From Puniceicoccales bacterium (GTDB taxonomy: Bacteria; Verrucomicrobiota; Verrucomicrobiia; Opitutales; UBA9783): a stretch of DNA of 64,000 bases. The stretch is taken from the NCBI GenBank assembly GCA_031266455.1, contig JAISBA010000004.1, positions 9,814 to 73,813 of the forward strand, written 5' to 3'. The notes beneath the pieces are model-generated. The model was not told the DNA's origin, did no database searches, and saw only the letters and a list, made by a program, of their open reading frames with translations. Both the position numbers and the translations under genes were made by a program. The stretch's first letter is position 1, and every line of letters starts with the position of its first letter. Shown here one piece after another: positions 20,171-29,248 of the stretch.

Positions 20171-20938
20171 ATGCGTCGTTATTTAATTGCAGGCAACTGG
20201 AAGATGAACAAAACAGCGAGAGAGACACAGTCTTTCTTCGAAGAATTGTCATCTCATTTAACGCTTCCCACCCAAAGTGAAATCCTCATTTGTCCACCTT
20301 TTACATCAATTCCCGAAGCTTACCGTCATTTGAGTGGGTCTATCGCATTAGGAGCCCAAAATATTCATGCAAAAGCATCGGGCGCTTTTACGGGAGAAAT
20401 TTCTTTATCCATGTTGGCCGAATGGAGTGTCACATACGTTATCCTAGGACACAGCGAACGTCGAACGTTGTTTAGCGAAACGGATGCATGCATCCATGAA
20501 AAGGTGAAAACTGTACTTCAAGGTCGTCTTAAGCCTATTTTGTGCGTTGGAGAAACGCTGGCAGAAAGGCAATCGAAACAGGGGGCATTCGCGGTGATTG
20601 AAAGAGAATTGACAAGCGGATTGAAAGATATTTCTGCCGAAGATATGCGTGCCGTTACTATCGCTTACGAACCCATTTGGGCCATTGGTACCGGTGAAAC
20701 GGCAACCCCAGAAATTGCACAAGAGATACACCACTTTATAAGACAATGGTTGAATACGCACTACAATGCAGACATTGCGGAACAGGTTCGTTTACTGTAT
20801 GGAGGTTCTCTTAAACCAAGCAACGCAAAGGAATTGTTATCAAAACAAGACATCGACGGAGGTCTTATCGGAGGGGCTGCGCTGGAGGCAAAATCACTTG
20901 CAGAACTCGTTCGCGTTGCCGAAGAACTTTCGCATTAG
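20171..20938 (+). CDS. tpiA: Triose-phosphate isomerase
   Basis: AGNWKMN, ILGHSERR, AYEPIWAIGTG and GGSLKP motifs. It lies directly downstream of pgk. Confidence 0.95.
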   Translation: MRRYLIAGNWKMNKTARETQSFFEELSSHLTLPTQSEILICPPFTSIPEAYRHLSGSIALGAQNIHAKASGAFTGEISLSMLAEWSVTYVILGHSERRTLFSETDACIHEKVKTVLQGRLKPILCVGETLAERQSKQGAFAVIERELTSGLKDISAEDMRAVTIAYEPIWAIGTGETATPEIAQEIHHFIRQWLNTHYNADIAEQVRLLYGGSLKPSNAKELLSKQDIDGGLIGGAALEAKSLAELVRVAEELSH

Positions 20939-21154
20939 ATCCTAATATAACCATTCAATATCACCGCTTACATGCCAAGTTGATAACACGGTTCCTCGAA
21001 TCAATTTAGGAATCTATCGTAAATATTACGTGTAAAATGGCCTCACAGGAGTGCGTCTATTTATTTGCTTTGGGTCGGTAAAGAAAAGAACCATGCAGCT
21101 TTCGCAATAGGGGTAATACGCGTTTTCAAAAATATCCAATGCACTATGATTCAT

Positions 21155-21658
21155 TCATCGTTGGCCAGCACGTTGATCCAAACTGAATAAGGCTGCGGGA
21201 CGATCTCCAACAAACTTCAATTGATCCACAATCATTTGGACCGTATTCTCTTCCTCAACTTGTTCTTTAATGAAGTAATGCAAAAATTCCTGAGTCGCAT
21301 AGTCTTTTTCTTCCACCGACAAAGCGTACAAACGATGAATATTTTGCGTATTGTCTAATTCAGCTTGGTAAGCTTTTTCAAAGGCTTGTAAAGGCGTTGT
21401 TATCATAAAATCGGGCTTGATTAAATCGCGCAAGCAAATTTTGCCGTGACGCTCATTGATGAAGTGATAAAATTTCATCGCATGCGTAAGCTCTTCTTCG
21501 TACTGTTTACGCATCCAATGTCCAAATCCCGTAAATACGGTTGCGTCCAATACCGCAGCCAATCCTAAATAAATGTACGCCGAATCAAATTCGTGATGCA
21601 TCTGCAAATTTAATCCCTCTTCTATTTTTTGACTTAATTTCATATCATTTCTTTCCAT
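21155..21658 (-). CDS. ftn: Non-heme ferritin (Ftn-like)
   Basis: Ferritin-like four-helix pattern: LNLQMHHEFDSAYIYL, EEELTHAMKFYHFINERHG, and the later QAELDNTQ and KEQVEEE. The real start may be the internal ATG at 21643 (MKLSQKIEE...). Confidence 0.8.
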   Translation of the reverse strand: MERNDMKLSQKIEEGLNLQMHHEFDSAYIYLGLAAVLDATVFTGFGHWMRKQYEEELTHAMKFYHFINERHGKICLRDLIKPDFMITTPLQAFEKAYQAELDNTQNIHRLYALSVEEKDYATQEFLHYFIKEQVEEENTVQMIVDQLKFVGDRPAALFSLDQRAGQR

Positions 21659-21839
21659 TATTTATTGTTCTCCATAGGCAAAATTACACGTGAAATACCC
21701 ACCTTGCGAGTAACGAAAACGTGGTAAAATTTTCAGTGATTTCCAATGCTTCCTACCTTAAATCTTTAATTTAAAAAAAGGAAACTTTTTTACAAAAATT
21801 TTTTGACCTTATGGGAGAAGTTGGGCAAAATGCCCTTCT

Positions 21840-23033
21840 ATGATTATAAAACCAAAAGTTCGTGGGTTTATATGCATTACGGCACATCCGGAGGGGTGCA
21901 TGTCGCACATTCAAGAGCAAGTTGACTATGTACGCGCACAAAAGCCGTTTAAAAATGCCCCTCGACGCGTTCTTGTGATAGGCGCTTCAACGGGATATGG
22001 GGTGGCCAGCAGAATCGTTGCGGCCATTGGTGGACATGCGGATACTTTCGGTATTTTTTACGAACGCCCCGGTGAAGATAATAAATCGGCTTCAGCCGGA
22101 TGGTACAATTCGATAGCTTTTGAAAAAGTGGCGCAAGCGTATGGCTTAAAAGCTTTTTCCATGAATGGGGATGCTTTTTCTAAAGATTTTAAAAATAAAG
22201 CCGTTAAAGCATTGAAAGAAAAAATGGGTCCCGTCGATTGCATCATTTATAGCTTAGCGGCTCCCCAAAGGGTAGATAGCACAGGAGATGTTTACAAATC
22301 TGTCCTAAAACCTGTTGGCCAAAAATTTTCCGGAAAAACGGTTAATACCGACAAAGCCGAAGTGTTTGAAACCACCCTTGAATCCGCCACGGAAGATGAA
22401 ATATTGCACACACAAAAGGTTATGGGGGGTGAAGATTGGGAAGGCTGGGTCCGTTTGTTGGAGCAGGAAAAATTATTGGCAAAGGGTGTAACAGCTCTGG
22501 CCTACTCTTATATAGGGCCTGAAATCACGTGGCCCATTTACAAAGACGGAACCATTGGACGTGCCAAAAAACATCTGACTCAAACGGCGGAAACATTAAA
22601 TCAATTTTTGCATAATCGGTTGCAAGGACGGGCACTTATCTCGGTGAACAAAGCGGTTGTTACGCAAGCGAGTTCTGCAATCCCGGTGGTTCCTCTGTAC
22701 ATTTCAATCTTATTCAAGGTAATGAAAGAAAAAAGACTACACGAAGATTGTGTTCAACAAATATACCGCTTGTTTGCTGCGTTGTTTGATAACCCATCCT
22801 TTAAAAAAGAGAGCGAAACTTGTATTAGATTAGATGACTTGGAATTGATGCCCGAAGTCCAATCGGAAGTAAAGGCAATTTGGCAAAAAATCAATTCCGA
22901 TAACCTGCTCACATTGAGTGATTTTCGTGGGTATCAAGAAAATTTTCTGAAACTTTTCGGGTTTGGATTCAAAGCTGTTGACTACGAACAAGATATTGAT
23001 CCAAAGCGTACCTTTTTAAACTTAATGGACTGA
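21840..23033 (+). CDS. fabV: Trans-2-enoyl-ACP/CoA reductase FabV
   Basis: The N-terminus MIIKPKVRGFICITAHPEGC is nearly the canonical FabV start. It is followed by GASTGYG, and the 397-aa length is typical. Confidence 0.85.
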   Translation: MIIKPKVRGFICITAHPEGCMSHIQEQVDYVRAQKPFKNAPRRVLVIGASTGYGVASRIVAAIGGHADTFGIFYERPGEDNKSASAGWYNSIAFEKVAQAYGLKAFSMNGDAFSKDFKNKAVKALKEKMGPVDCIIYSLAAPQRVDSTGDVYKSVLKPVGQKFSGKTVNTDKAEVFETTLESATEDEILHTQKVMGGEDWEGWVRLLEQEKLLAKGVTALAYSYIGPEITWPIYKDGTIGRAKKHLTQTAETLNQFLHNRLQGRALISVNKAVVTQASSAIPVVPLYISILFKVMKEKRLHEDCVQQIYRLFAALFDNPSFKKESETCIRLDDLELMPEVQSEVKAIWQKINSDNLLTLSDFRGYQENFLKLFGFGFKAVDYEQDIDPKRTFLNLMD

Positions 23034-23037
23034 TTGC

Positions 23038-23895
23038 ATGCGGGATGACGTTTGCAAAGAACTAAAAAATTTGCTAAACATTCAAGCAACCCTCTACGAA
23101 AAAAGCACATTTCCGTTAGATGCGGATGTCTTACAAAAATTCTTACAAATAGCCCACGATGCTGTTACAGAAGAATCCGTTTCCGTAGCAAGTCAAACAA
23201 TCTCAATGCCGCCCAACCCACCACCGACGCAGGAAGATTTAATACCTACATCGGAACAATTAATTTTACCCTCAGGTCCCAAACAAGAGCGTTGGCAGTG
23301 GCTAAAAAATCGCGTTTTAGCATGCCCTACTTGTCTATCGCACGTGCATCCGGGCAAAAAAGTTGTATTCGGAAGCGGCAATTTAGATGCGGACCTATTC
23401 TTCTGCGGCGAGGCTCCGGGAGCTGACGAAGAAGAGCAAGGGGAAGTTTTTGTCGGACGAGCCGGGCAACTTTTGACAAAAATTATTGAAGCAATGGGCC
23501 TCCCCCGTTCCCATGTGTACATTGGCAACATTATGAATTGGCGTCCCGAAACTCCCAATAGGATCGGGAACCGTCCACCCACGCAGGCAGAAATGGAATT
23601 TTGCTTGCCTTACCTCAAGGGGCAAGTAGACATTGTCCAACCCAAAGTAATCGTTGCTTTGGGAGCCACCGCGGTGAACGGTCTACTGGGACATGATGCT
23701 TCAAGACGCATGCGCGATTGTCGCGGGCAATGGTTTTCCTTCCACACTATTCCTCTGCTGGTCACTTACCATCCTTCTTATCTACTACGTAATGCCACTA
23801 AAGAAGCCAAAAGAGTCGTCTGGGAAGATATGCTATATGTTATGGAATTTCTCCACATACCCATTTCTGACAAACAAAAACGCTACTTTCTTTAA
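23038..23895 (+). CDS. Family-4 uracil-DNA glycosylase (Fe-S type) with about 95-aa N-terminal extension
   Basis: CPTC...H cluster ligand region, motif A GEAPGADEE, FVGRAGQLL, and motif B TYHPSYLLR. Confidence 0.8.
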   Translation: MRDDVCKELKNLLNIQATLYEKSTFPLDADVLQKFLQIAHDAVTEESVSVASQTISMPPNPPPTQEDLIPTSEQLILPSGPKQERWQWLKNRVLACPTCLSHVHPGKKVVFGSGNLDADLFFCGEAPGADEEEQGEVFVGRAGQLLTKIIEAMGLPRSHVYIGNIMNWRPETPNRIGNRPPTQAEMEFCLPYLKGQVDIVQPKVIVALGATAVNGLLGHDASRRMRDCRGQWFSFHTIPLLVTYHPSYLLRNATKEAKRVVWEDMLYVMEFLHIPISDKQKRYFL

Positions 23896-24424
23896 GAAAT
23901 GTTTTTGCGTACGTAATCCATGTGCACTTGGGTTATTTGTTTAGTTTCAAAATAACACACTTGCGAACCGTATTTATCATCCTCTCTTGGATACGAAGGC
24001 AAAACTATTTGATATTATCTATACTTTTATCTCTATTGAAATCCCATTATAATTCTCGCTTTACCAGACGATAATTTCAGCACACTAAATAATGAACAGA
24101 AAATAAAACTGGAGTACAATTAATATACCTAACAAAATGTAAGTACCGTATACAAATCCGCTGCGAATGCGTTGAGCCCGTGAAGTGTTTTGAGATTTTT
24201 GCACCTTATCAAAGGCAAAGCAATGCGTAATATCTTTTGGGTTCCCCATGATTTTAATAAATAACAGATTGCAGCCATCTCACAAATCAATAATGCCATT
24301 TTTACATTTTCATGTATGAAGTGGTAACAAAAACCAAGTTGTTTTGTGAAAACGCAACATAGAACCCTGGCCAAAGGCATTTTACGGTCTAAAGATTTCT
24401 ACCCACCGAAACAAAGGCTTTTGT

Positions 24425-26959
24425 TCACATTTCAGAAGAAACCAACAGGGTATGAGAAAGATCCGATTGTAAATACACTTTGGATCGCTCAAAAAGTTCT
24501 TCTAAGGATACACTATCGATGGCTTTTGCATAATTCAACCAGGCATCTTGAGGTAAATCAAACAACTCATTGATGCCGGCGTAAAATGCCTTTTTGGCGA
24601 TTGTTTGCAAACGTGTTTGCTGGCTCACTTTAAGATGCGATCGACATAGGTCAAATTCTTTAGAAGATATCTGACGGTCCAAAACACGTTGCGTCGCTTT
24701 GAATATTTCTGCTTCAACTGTCTTCAAATGGGATGCCTGAGTACTTGCAAACAAACACAACATACCTCGATTTAATCCCGTTAAACGCGTGGCTCCAACC
24801 GTATAAGCCAAACCTAATTTCTCCCTGACTTCGATAACAAATTGGCTCGACAAGCCATTGAATAATTCTTCCAAATAGTCGGCCACATAATAGTCTTTTG
24901 AACCTATACCTGCCATTGGGTAAGCCTGGAAAACCATCGATTGCTCTTTGTTTAATTGGCATTCGCAGTACCGTTCGGAAGTAAAAAAGATTTCATCGGA
25001 CACTTTTTCAAAACAATTTTCCGAAATTCCATCACCGATGGGCTCCAATAATTTTATTAACTCATCCGTAGGCAGCGGACTGACCGCCGATATGACGCAA
25101 TTGGGGCCAACAAAAATTTTTCTAAAATAATGCCAACAGTGTTCCAATCGCAGCGCTTTTACGTCGTCCTCAATCCCATACTGACCTACGGCGTAGGGAT
25201 GTTGTCCAAAAAATTGATGACGCATTTTTTTAAATCCCACATAAAATACATCATCCATCATCTCCTGAATGGAAGCCAGTTGAGAAGCTTTTTCAATTTC
25301 AAATGTTTCCTCTTTAAATCGAGGCATACGCAGCGCTTCCCCCAATAAATGACATCCCATAGCCGTGTTTTGGGGTAAAGATTCAAAAGCCAATCCTATG
25401 TGATTAATCCCCGTAAAACTATTAAACTGGCCTCCTATGGCGTCAACGGCTTCCGCAATTTCACGTGCCGTATGCTTTTCGGTATCTTTCATCAACAAAG
25501 AAGCCACCAAATGCGAAATACCTCGTTGATGTTCCGGTTCGTACAAAGCCCCCCCCAAACTGAGTACCTGCACGTGCGTTTTTGGGAAAGATGGATTATA
25601 CTGCATCACCAAACGTACGCCATTGGGTAAGGTTATCGATTCCACAGGCTGCGTACGTATCTCCGTAGATTTTTTAAAAAAAACCTTTTCCAATGCTTTT
25701 GGCTCCAAAGATACTTTGGTGCAAGTTGCTGGCTTTAAATATTTGCTCACAATTGCCTTTACACTTTTTGCATCCAATTGTTTCAATTGTTCCAAATAGT
25801 GCTTCGAGTACTGCAGATCTCCCAGGCAGGTGTCAGCCCATCCTAAATGGTGAGCTTGCCCCGATACCGTTTTTTGAGTATCTATTTCCGATACAATTGC
25901 TTGCTTAAGCGCCTTCTGCACGTGCTTTGTTTCAATAGCTGCTTCCGCCATACACTGCAAATTTTTCGATAAAAATTCCTCCACGCAAGCACGTTTTTCT
26001 CCATCACATACGTACTGTATCCAAAATAATCCTTGATCAGCCATCCAGGTGGATACATCGATGGAATAAACGTATCTTAACTCTTCTCTCAATTTTTGAT
26101 ACAGCAGCGAGCTGTCACCGCAACCCAGTACATTGGATAAAACTTGTAACTTAGCTCCATCCTTGTGACCCAACCCTGGAATTTTAAATGCCAACACTCC
26201 ACGTACCAATTGGTAGTCTCCATAAAAACGTTCCACCCTTTCCGCCATTTGGAAAGGTTCTCGAGTAATTAAAACCGGTTGCAAACTTTTTGGCAAACAG
26301 GTGGAAAAATAATGATTCACCCTTTCTTGAATCCATTCAAACGACAAATTACCCACAATAACCAACGTCATGTTATTGATGGGATAGCGCTTACGCCAGT
26401 ATTCAACCAAATCTTCACGCGTCAATTGTTCAAAAATACTTTTAATGCCGATGATGGGGAATCGATAGGGATGCTTACGAAATGCGTTTTCAAATACCAC
26501 TTGATTGAGTCGATCCTCCGGATCATCGTTGCACATGTCGATCTCACGCAAAATCACCTTTTTTTCCTTAAGCATTTCTTCGGATGGAAATGTGGGATGC
26601 AACAGCATATCGCTTAAAATATCCAAACCCAATTCCGCAGATTCCGATGAACCATCGTAAGTATAAACGGTTCTATCAAACGACGTGTAGGCATTGAGAC
26701 TGGCTCCCGAGGCTTGTGCTTCCGAAAAGATATCCGCGTACGTACGCCGCTCCGTCCCTTTAAAAACCATATGTTCCACAAAATGAGAAATACCCGCACC
26801 CAAATATTTGTCTTCGTGAATACTGCCTGTTTTTACCCACGCTTGAATTGCAACCAAACCGGTGTGATCAACGGGTAAAAAAATGACCTTGAGTCCATTG
26901 GAAAGTGCAAAGCAACACGGATGATAGATCAAAAATTCTTCAAATGAACACATATCCAA
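24425..26959 (-). CDS. M16-family zinc peptidase, double (fused active + inactive M16 halves)
   Basis: HxxEH zinc motif in ISHFVEHMVFKGT, then EREVILREI-like KEKKVILREI. A second half has a degenerate site (ISHLVASLLMKDT). The track start is TTG at 26959, and ATG at 26953 is an alternative. Confidence 0.8.
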   Translation of the reverse strand: MDMCSFEEFLIYHPCCFALSNGLKVIFLPVDHTGLVAIQAWVKTGSIHEDKYLGAGISHFVEHMVFKGTERRTYADIFSEAQASGASLNAYTSFDRTVYTYDGSSESAELGLDILSDMLLHPTFPSEEMLKEKKVILREIDMCNDDPEDRLNQVVFENAFRKHPYRFPIIGIKSIFEQLTREDLVEYWRKRYPINNMTLVIVGNLSFEWIQERVNHYFSTCLPKSLQPVLITREPFQMAERVERFYGDYQLVRGVLAFKIPGLGHKDGAKLQVLSNVLGCGDSSLLYQKLREELRYVYSIDVSTWMADQGLFWIQYVCDGEKRACVEEFLSKNLQCMAEAAIETKHVQKALKQAIVSEIDTQKTVSGQAHHLGWADTCLGDLQYSKHYLEQLKQLDAKSVKAIVSKYLKPATCTKVSLEPKALEKVFFKKSTEIRTQPVESITLPNGVRLVMQYNPSFPKTHVQVLSLGGALYEPEHQRGISHLVASLLMKDTEKHTAREIAEAVDAIGGQFNSFTGINHIGLAFESLPQNTAMGCHLLGEALRMPRFKEETFEIEKASQLASIQEMMDDVFYVGFKKMRHQFFGQHPYAVGQYGIEDDVKALRLEHCWHYFRKIFVGPNCVISAVSPLPTDELIKLLEPIGDGISENCFEKVSDEIFFTSERYCECQLNKEQSMVFQAYPMAGIGSKDYYVADYLEELFNGLSSQFVIEVREKLGLAYTVGATRLTGLNRGMLCLFASTQASHLKTVEAEIFKATQRVLDRQISSKEFDLCRSHLKVSQQTRLQTIAKKAFYAGINELFDLPQDAWLNYAKAIDSVSLEELFERSKVYLQSDLSHTLLVSSEM

Positions 26960-27019
26960 CTTATTTCATTGTCTCAAAAAAAGCCACTCCTGTAAAGTTG
27001 AAAACCTCCTTTTATAATT

Positions 27020-27053
27020 CAAAAAATAAACCCTACGTGTTCTCGTAGGGTTT
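27020..27053 (-). terminator. Rho-independent terminator downstream of the 139-aa Cys/His-rich gene
   Basis: The minus-strand transcript reads AAACCCTACG-AGAACA-CGTAGGGTTT followed by ATTTTTT. This is a perfect 10-bp stem (27028-27037 / 27044-27053) starting 21 nt after the stop codon. Confidence 0.75.
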
Positions 27054-27073
27054 ATAAATTTTGTAAGTCTTCG

Positions 27074-27493
27074 TTACCTATTCGGGCAATCCGGCGTGTG
27101 CACCATTCCTTGTCCTGTGAATATCATTGGACAATGTGGACAATGGTGACTGCGATCAGGATCATTCGGGCAATTTGGACCATGACCTCTTGACATAGGA
27201 ACATGACAATACGGACAATCACGATCAGGATCATTCAGGCAATCCGGCATATGGTTTCCTTCTATCATACCACAATGTGGGCACATCGCATGAGGATCAT
27301 TCGGACAACCCGGCATATGATTTCCCATTGACATGGGAACGTGGCAATGTGGACACATCGCATAAGGATTTTGAGGGCAATCCCATTCATCGTGCCCTTC
27401 TTGACCACAATGCGGACATACTACAGCCAGTCCCGGTAATGTCGCCATTAATTTAAATGCAATTAAACAAAGATATTTTTTCATGCAGTTCAT
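27074..27493 (-). CDS. Cys/His-rich tandem CX2C...H...C (zinc-knuckle-like) protein with putative signal peptide, 5 units
   Basis: The 139-aa ORF starts MNCMKKYLCLIAFKLMATLPGLAVV. Five units follow: CPHCGQEGHDEWDC (exact CX2CX4HX4C), CPHCHVPMSMGNHMPGC, CPHCGMIEGNHMPDC, CPYCHVPMSRGHGPNC, CPHCPMIFTGQGMVHTPDC. It ends in CPNR. Two paralogues lie at 33.6 and 34.1 kb. Its own terminator and a conserved upstream region support a real gene. The start is ATG 27493 or ATG 27484 (MKKYL). Confidence 0.7.
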   Translation of the reverse strand: MNCMKKYLCLIAFKLMATLPGLAVVCPHCGQEGHDEWDCPQNPYAMCPHCHVPMSMGNHMPGCPNDPHAMCPHCGMIEGNHMPDCLNDPDRDCPYCHVPMSRGHGPNCPNDPDRSHHCPHCPMIFTGQGMVHTPDCPNR

Positions 27494-27560
27494 CTTGTTA
27501 ACTTTTTTAATATTAGCAAGCTTTTTGTTAATCTTTTTTATAAATTACTTTTACTAAATT
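27494..27560 (-). repeat. Conserved upstream (promoter-bearing) segment 'P' of the Cys/His-rich gene family, copy A
   Basis: Copy A reads cttgttaacttttttaatattagcaagctttttgttaatcttttttataaattacttttac. It recurs at about 85-90% identity by eye at 33777-33840 and 35610-35670. It contains TATAAA on the gene strand. Confidence 0.7.
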
Positions 27561-27775
27561 AAAACTTTAAAATAAGTTAAATATTCATTAAACACAAATT
27601 ATTTTTCTTACGTTACAACGCCCACCCTAACGCTTATTGAACATTTTTAATGCTTTACCTAAACGCCATATCGCTTTTCTACTTCACATTTCATATTGCA
27701 GTCCGTACATCAATAATCGAAGCTTTCGTTGAAAGACCGTAGGTTTATGAGGAAACTTTTACACATCTTGCTTCA

Positions 27776-29248
27776 TTATTGGGATAAGAGCTCCCTTAAA
27801 AGGCGGTCCACCTCACTTATAGGAACCTTTCCTTGCGTATGCTTTACAACTTGCCCTTTTAATACATTCAAAGCCTTTTCCTTTCCAGAACGAAACTCTT
27901 CGGCAGGTTTGGGGAAAGCATCTATAATTTCCGCACACATTATCTTTAAGGCATCCACATCTACAGAAATTTCTAACCCTTTATCTTTCACAATCTTCTG
28001 TGGATCTTCGCCTGTCTTAAAGGTAGCATCAAATACCTCTTTTGCGCTCTGTTTAGATAGGATACCTGAATCCACCAACTCTACCAACGCTGCAACTTGG
28101 CGAGGATCCATTTTCAAATTCTTCCAGGCTTGATGCATATCTTCTGCGGCAAGTTCTCTCAATAAATCATTTACAATCCAATTGGCAATACCCAGAGGAT
28201 TTTTAGCATAAAAGCCCAAAGCGGATTCAAAAAAATCGCTCAATCTTTTATCGGGGCAAATGACGGAAGTCACCGTATACGGCAATTGTAACGTCCGCAA
28301 ATAACGTTCCTGCTTGTCGAAAGGAAACTCCGGCAAAGTTTTTTTCTGAGCCTGAATATCTGCTTCCGATAAACAAATTGGACATAAATCTGGATCCGTA
28401 AAATAACGGTAATCGTGGGCATCTTCTTTGGATCGCATGACAAAACTCTCAGACTTATCGGCATCCCAGCGTCGCGTCTCCTGCACAACGGCTTGCCCCC
28501 GTTCAATGGCGTACAGTTGTCGATTGATTTCGTGTCGAACACCGTTGCACACCCCCGAAATCGAATTCAAATTCTTCAACTCAACTTTGGTCCCTAAGCT
28601 GGTTGTTCCTTGAGGCCTTACGCTGATGTTTGCATCGCACCGCAATTGTCCTTTTTCCATATCGCAATCGGAAGCATCCACGTACTGCAAATGCATGACC
28701 AAAGATTTTAAATAGGCAAAAACCTCTTCCGGAGAATGCATATCGGGCTCGGATACAATTTCGATAAGCGGTGTCCCCGCACGATTGTAATCGATCCAAG
28801 ATATTTGCCCCAAATGGGTTAATTTACCTACATCCTCTTCCAGATGAATTCGATTCAAAGCTACCTTACGATGTTTTCCTTGAATATTTCTGGCAGGACC
28901 CTCAAGTTCAATTTCGACATGTCCACCGAGACATAAGGGCTGATCGAATTGGGAAATTTGATAATTTTTAGGAGAATCTGGGTAAAAATAATTTTTACGA
29001 TCCCACTTGCATTGGCGTGCAATCTCGCAGTCAAATACCAATCCCACCTGCACCGTTTTCAAAACGGCTGCCTTATTGAGTACGGGTAAAGAGCCTGGTA
29101 ATCCCAAAACAACTTCATCCACCAGGGTATTCGGCTCAACACCATAACGATAAGGTGCTCGCGTAAACAACTTCGATTGCGTCTTTAGTTGAACGTGAAC
29201 TTCTAACCCAATAACAGCTTCGTATTGCGTCATATTAAAACAGATCAA
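27776..29248 (-). CDS. gatB: Asp/Glu-tRNA(Asn/Gln) amidotransferase subunit B
   Basis: YEAVIGLEVHVQL start, a typical GatB core and a C-terminal YqeY-like tail. It overlaps the gatA stop by 4 nt. Confidence 0.95.
   Translation of the reverse strand: MICFNMTQYEAVIGLEVHVQLKTQSKLFTRAPYRYGVEPNTLVDEVVLGLPGSLPVLNKAAVLKTVQVGLVFDCEIARQCKWDRKNYFYPDSPKNYQISQFDQPLCLGGHVEIELEGPARNIQGKHRKVALNRIHLEEDVGKLTHLGQISWIDYNRAGTPLIEIVSEPDMHSPEEVFAYLKSLVMHLQYVDASDCDMEKGQLRCDANISVRPQGTTSLGTKVELKNLNSISGVCNGVRHEINRQLYAIERGQAVVQETRRWDADKSESFVMRSKEDAHDYRYFTDPDLCPICLSEADIQAQKKTLPEFPFDKQERYLRTLQLPYTVTSVICPDKRLSDFFESALGFYAKNPLGIANWIVNDLLRELAAEDMHQAWKNLKMDPRQVAALVELVDSGILSKQSAKEVFDATFKTGEDPQKIVKDKGLEISVDVDALKIMCAEIIDAFPKPAEEFRSGKEKALNVLKGQVVKHTQGKVPISEVDRLLRELLSQ

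Noticed and set aside
20939-21154. Looked for secG, which often follows tpiA, in the 216-bp gap after tpiA.
   Set aside because: No ORF of suitable length or hydrophobic character is present in either orientation.
24129-24380. 83-aa minus-strand ORF in the UDG/M16 intergenic gap.
   Set aside because: It has no motif, an unusual composition and no evident ribosome-binding site. It is kept only as part of the 'unexplained gap' note, not as a feature.
27729-28133. 134-aa plus-strand ORF antisense to gatB, plus several 60-90-aa ORFs inside gatB, gatA and pheT (for example 33002-33427 and 32073-32444).
   Set aside because: They lie entirely within strongly supported conserved genes on the opposite strand or in another frame, with no independent evidence.
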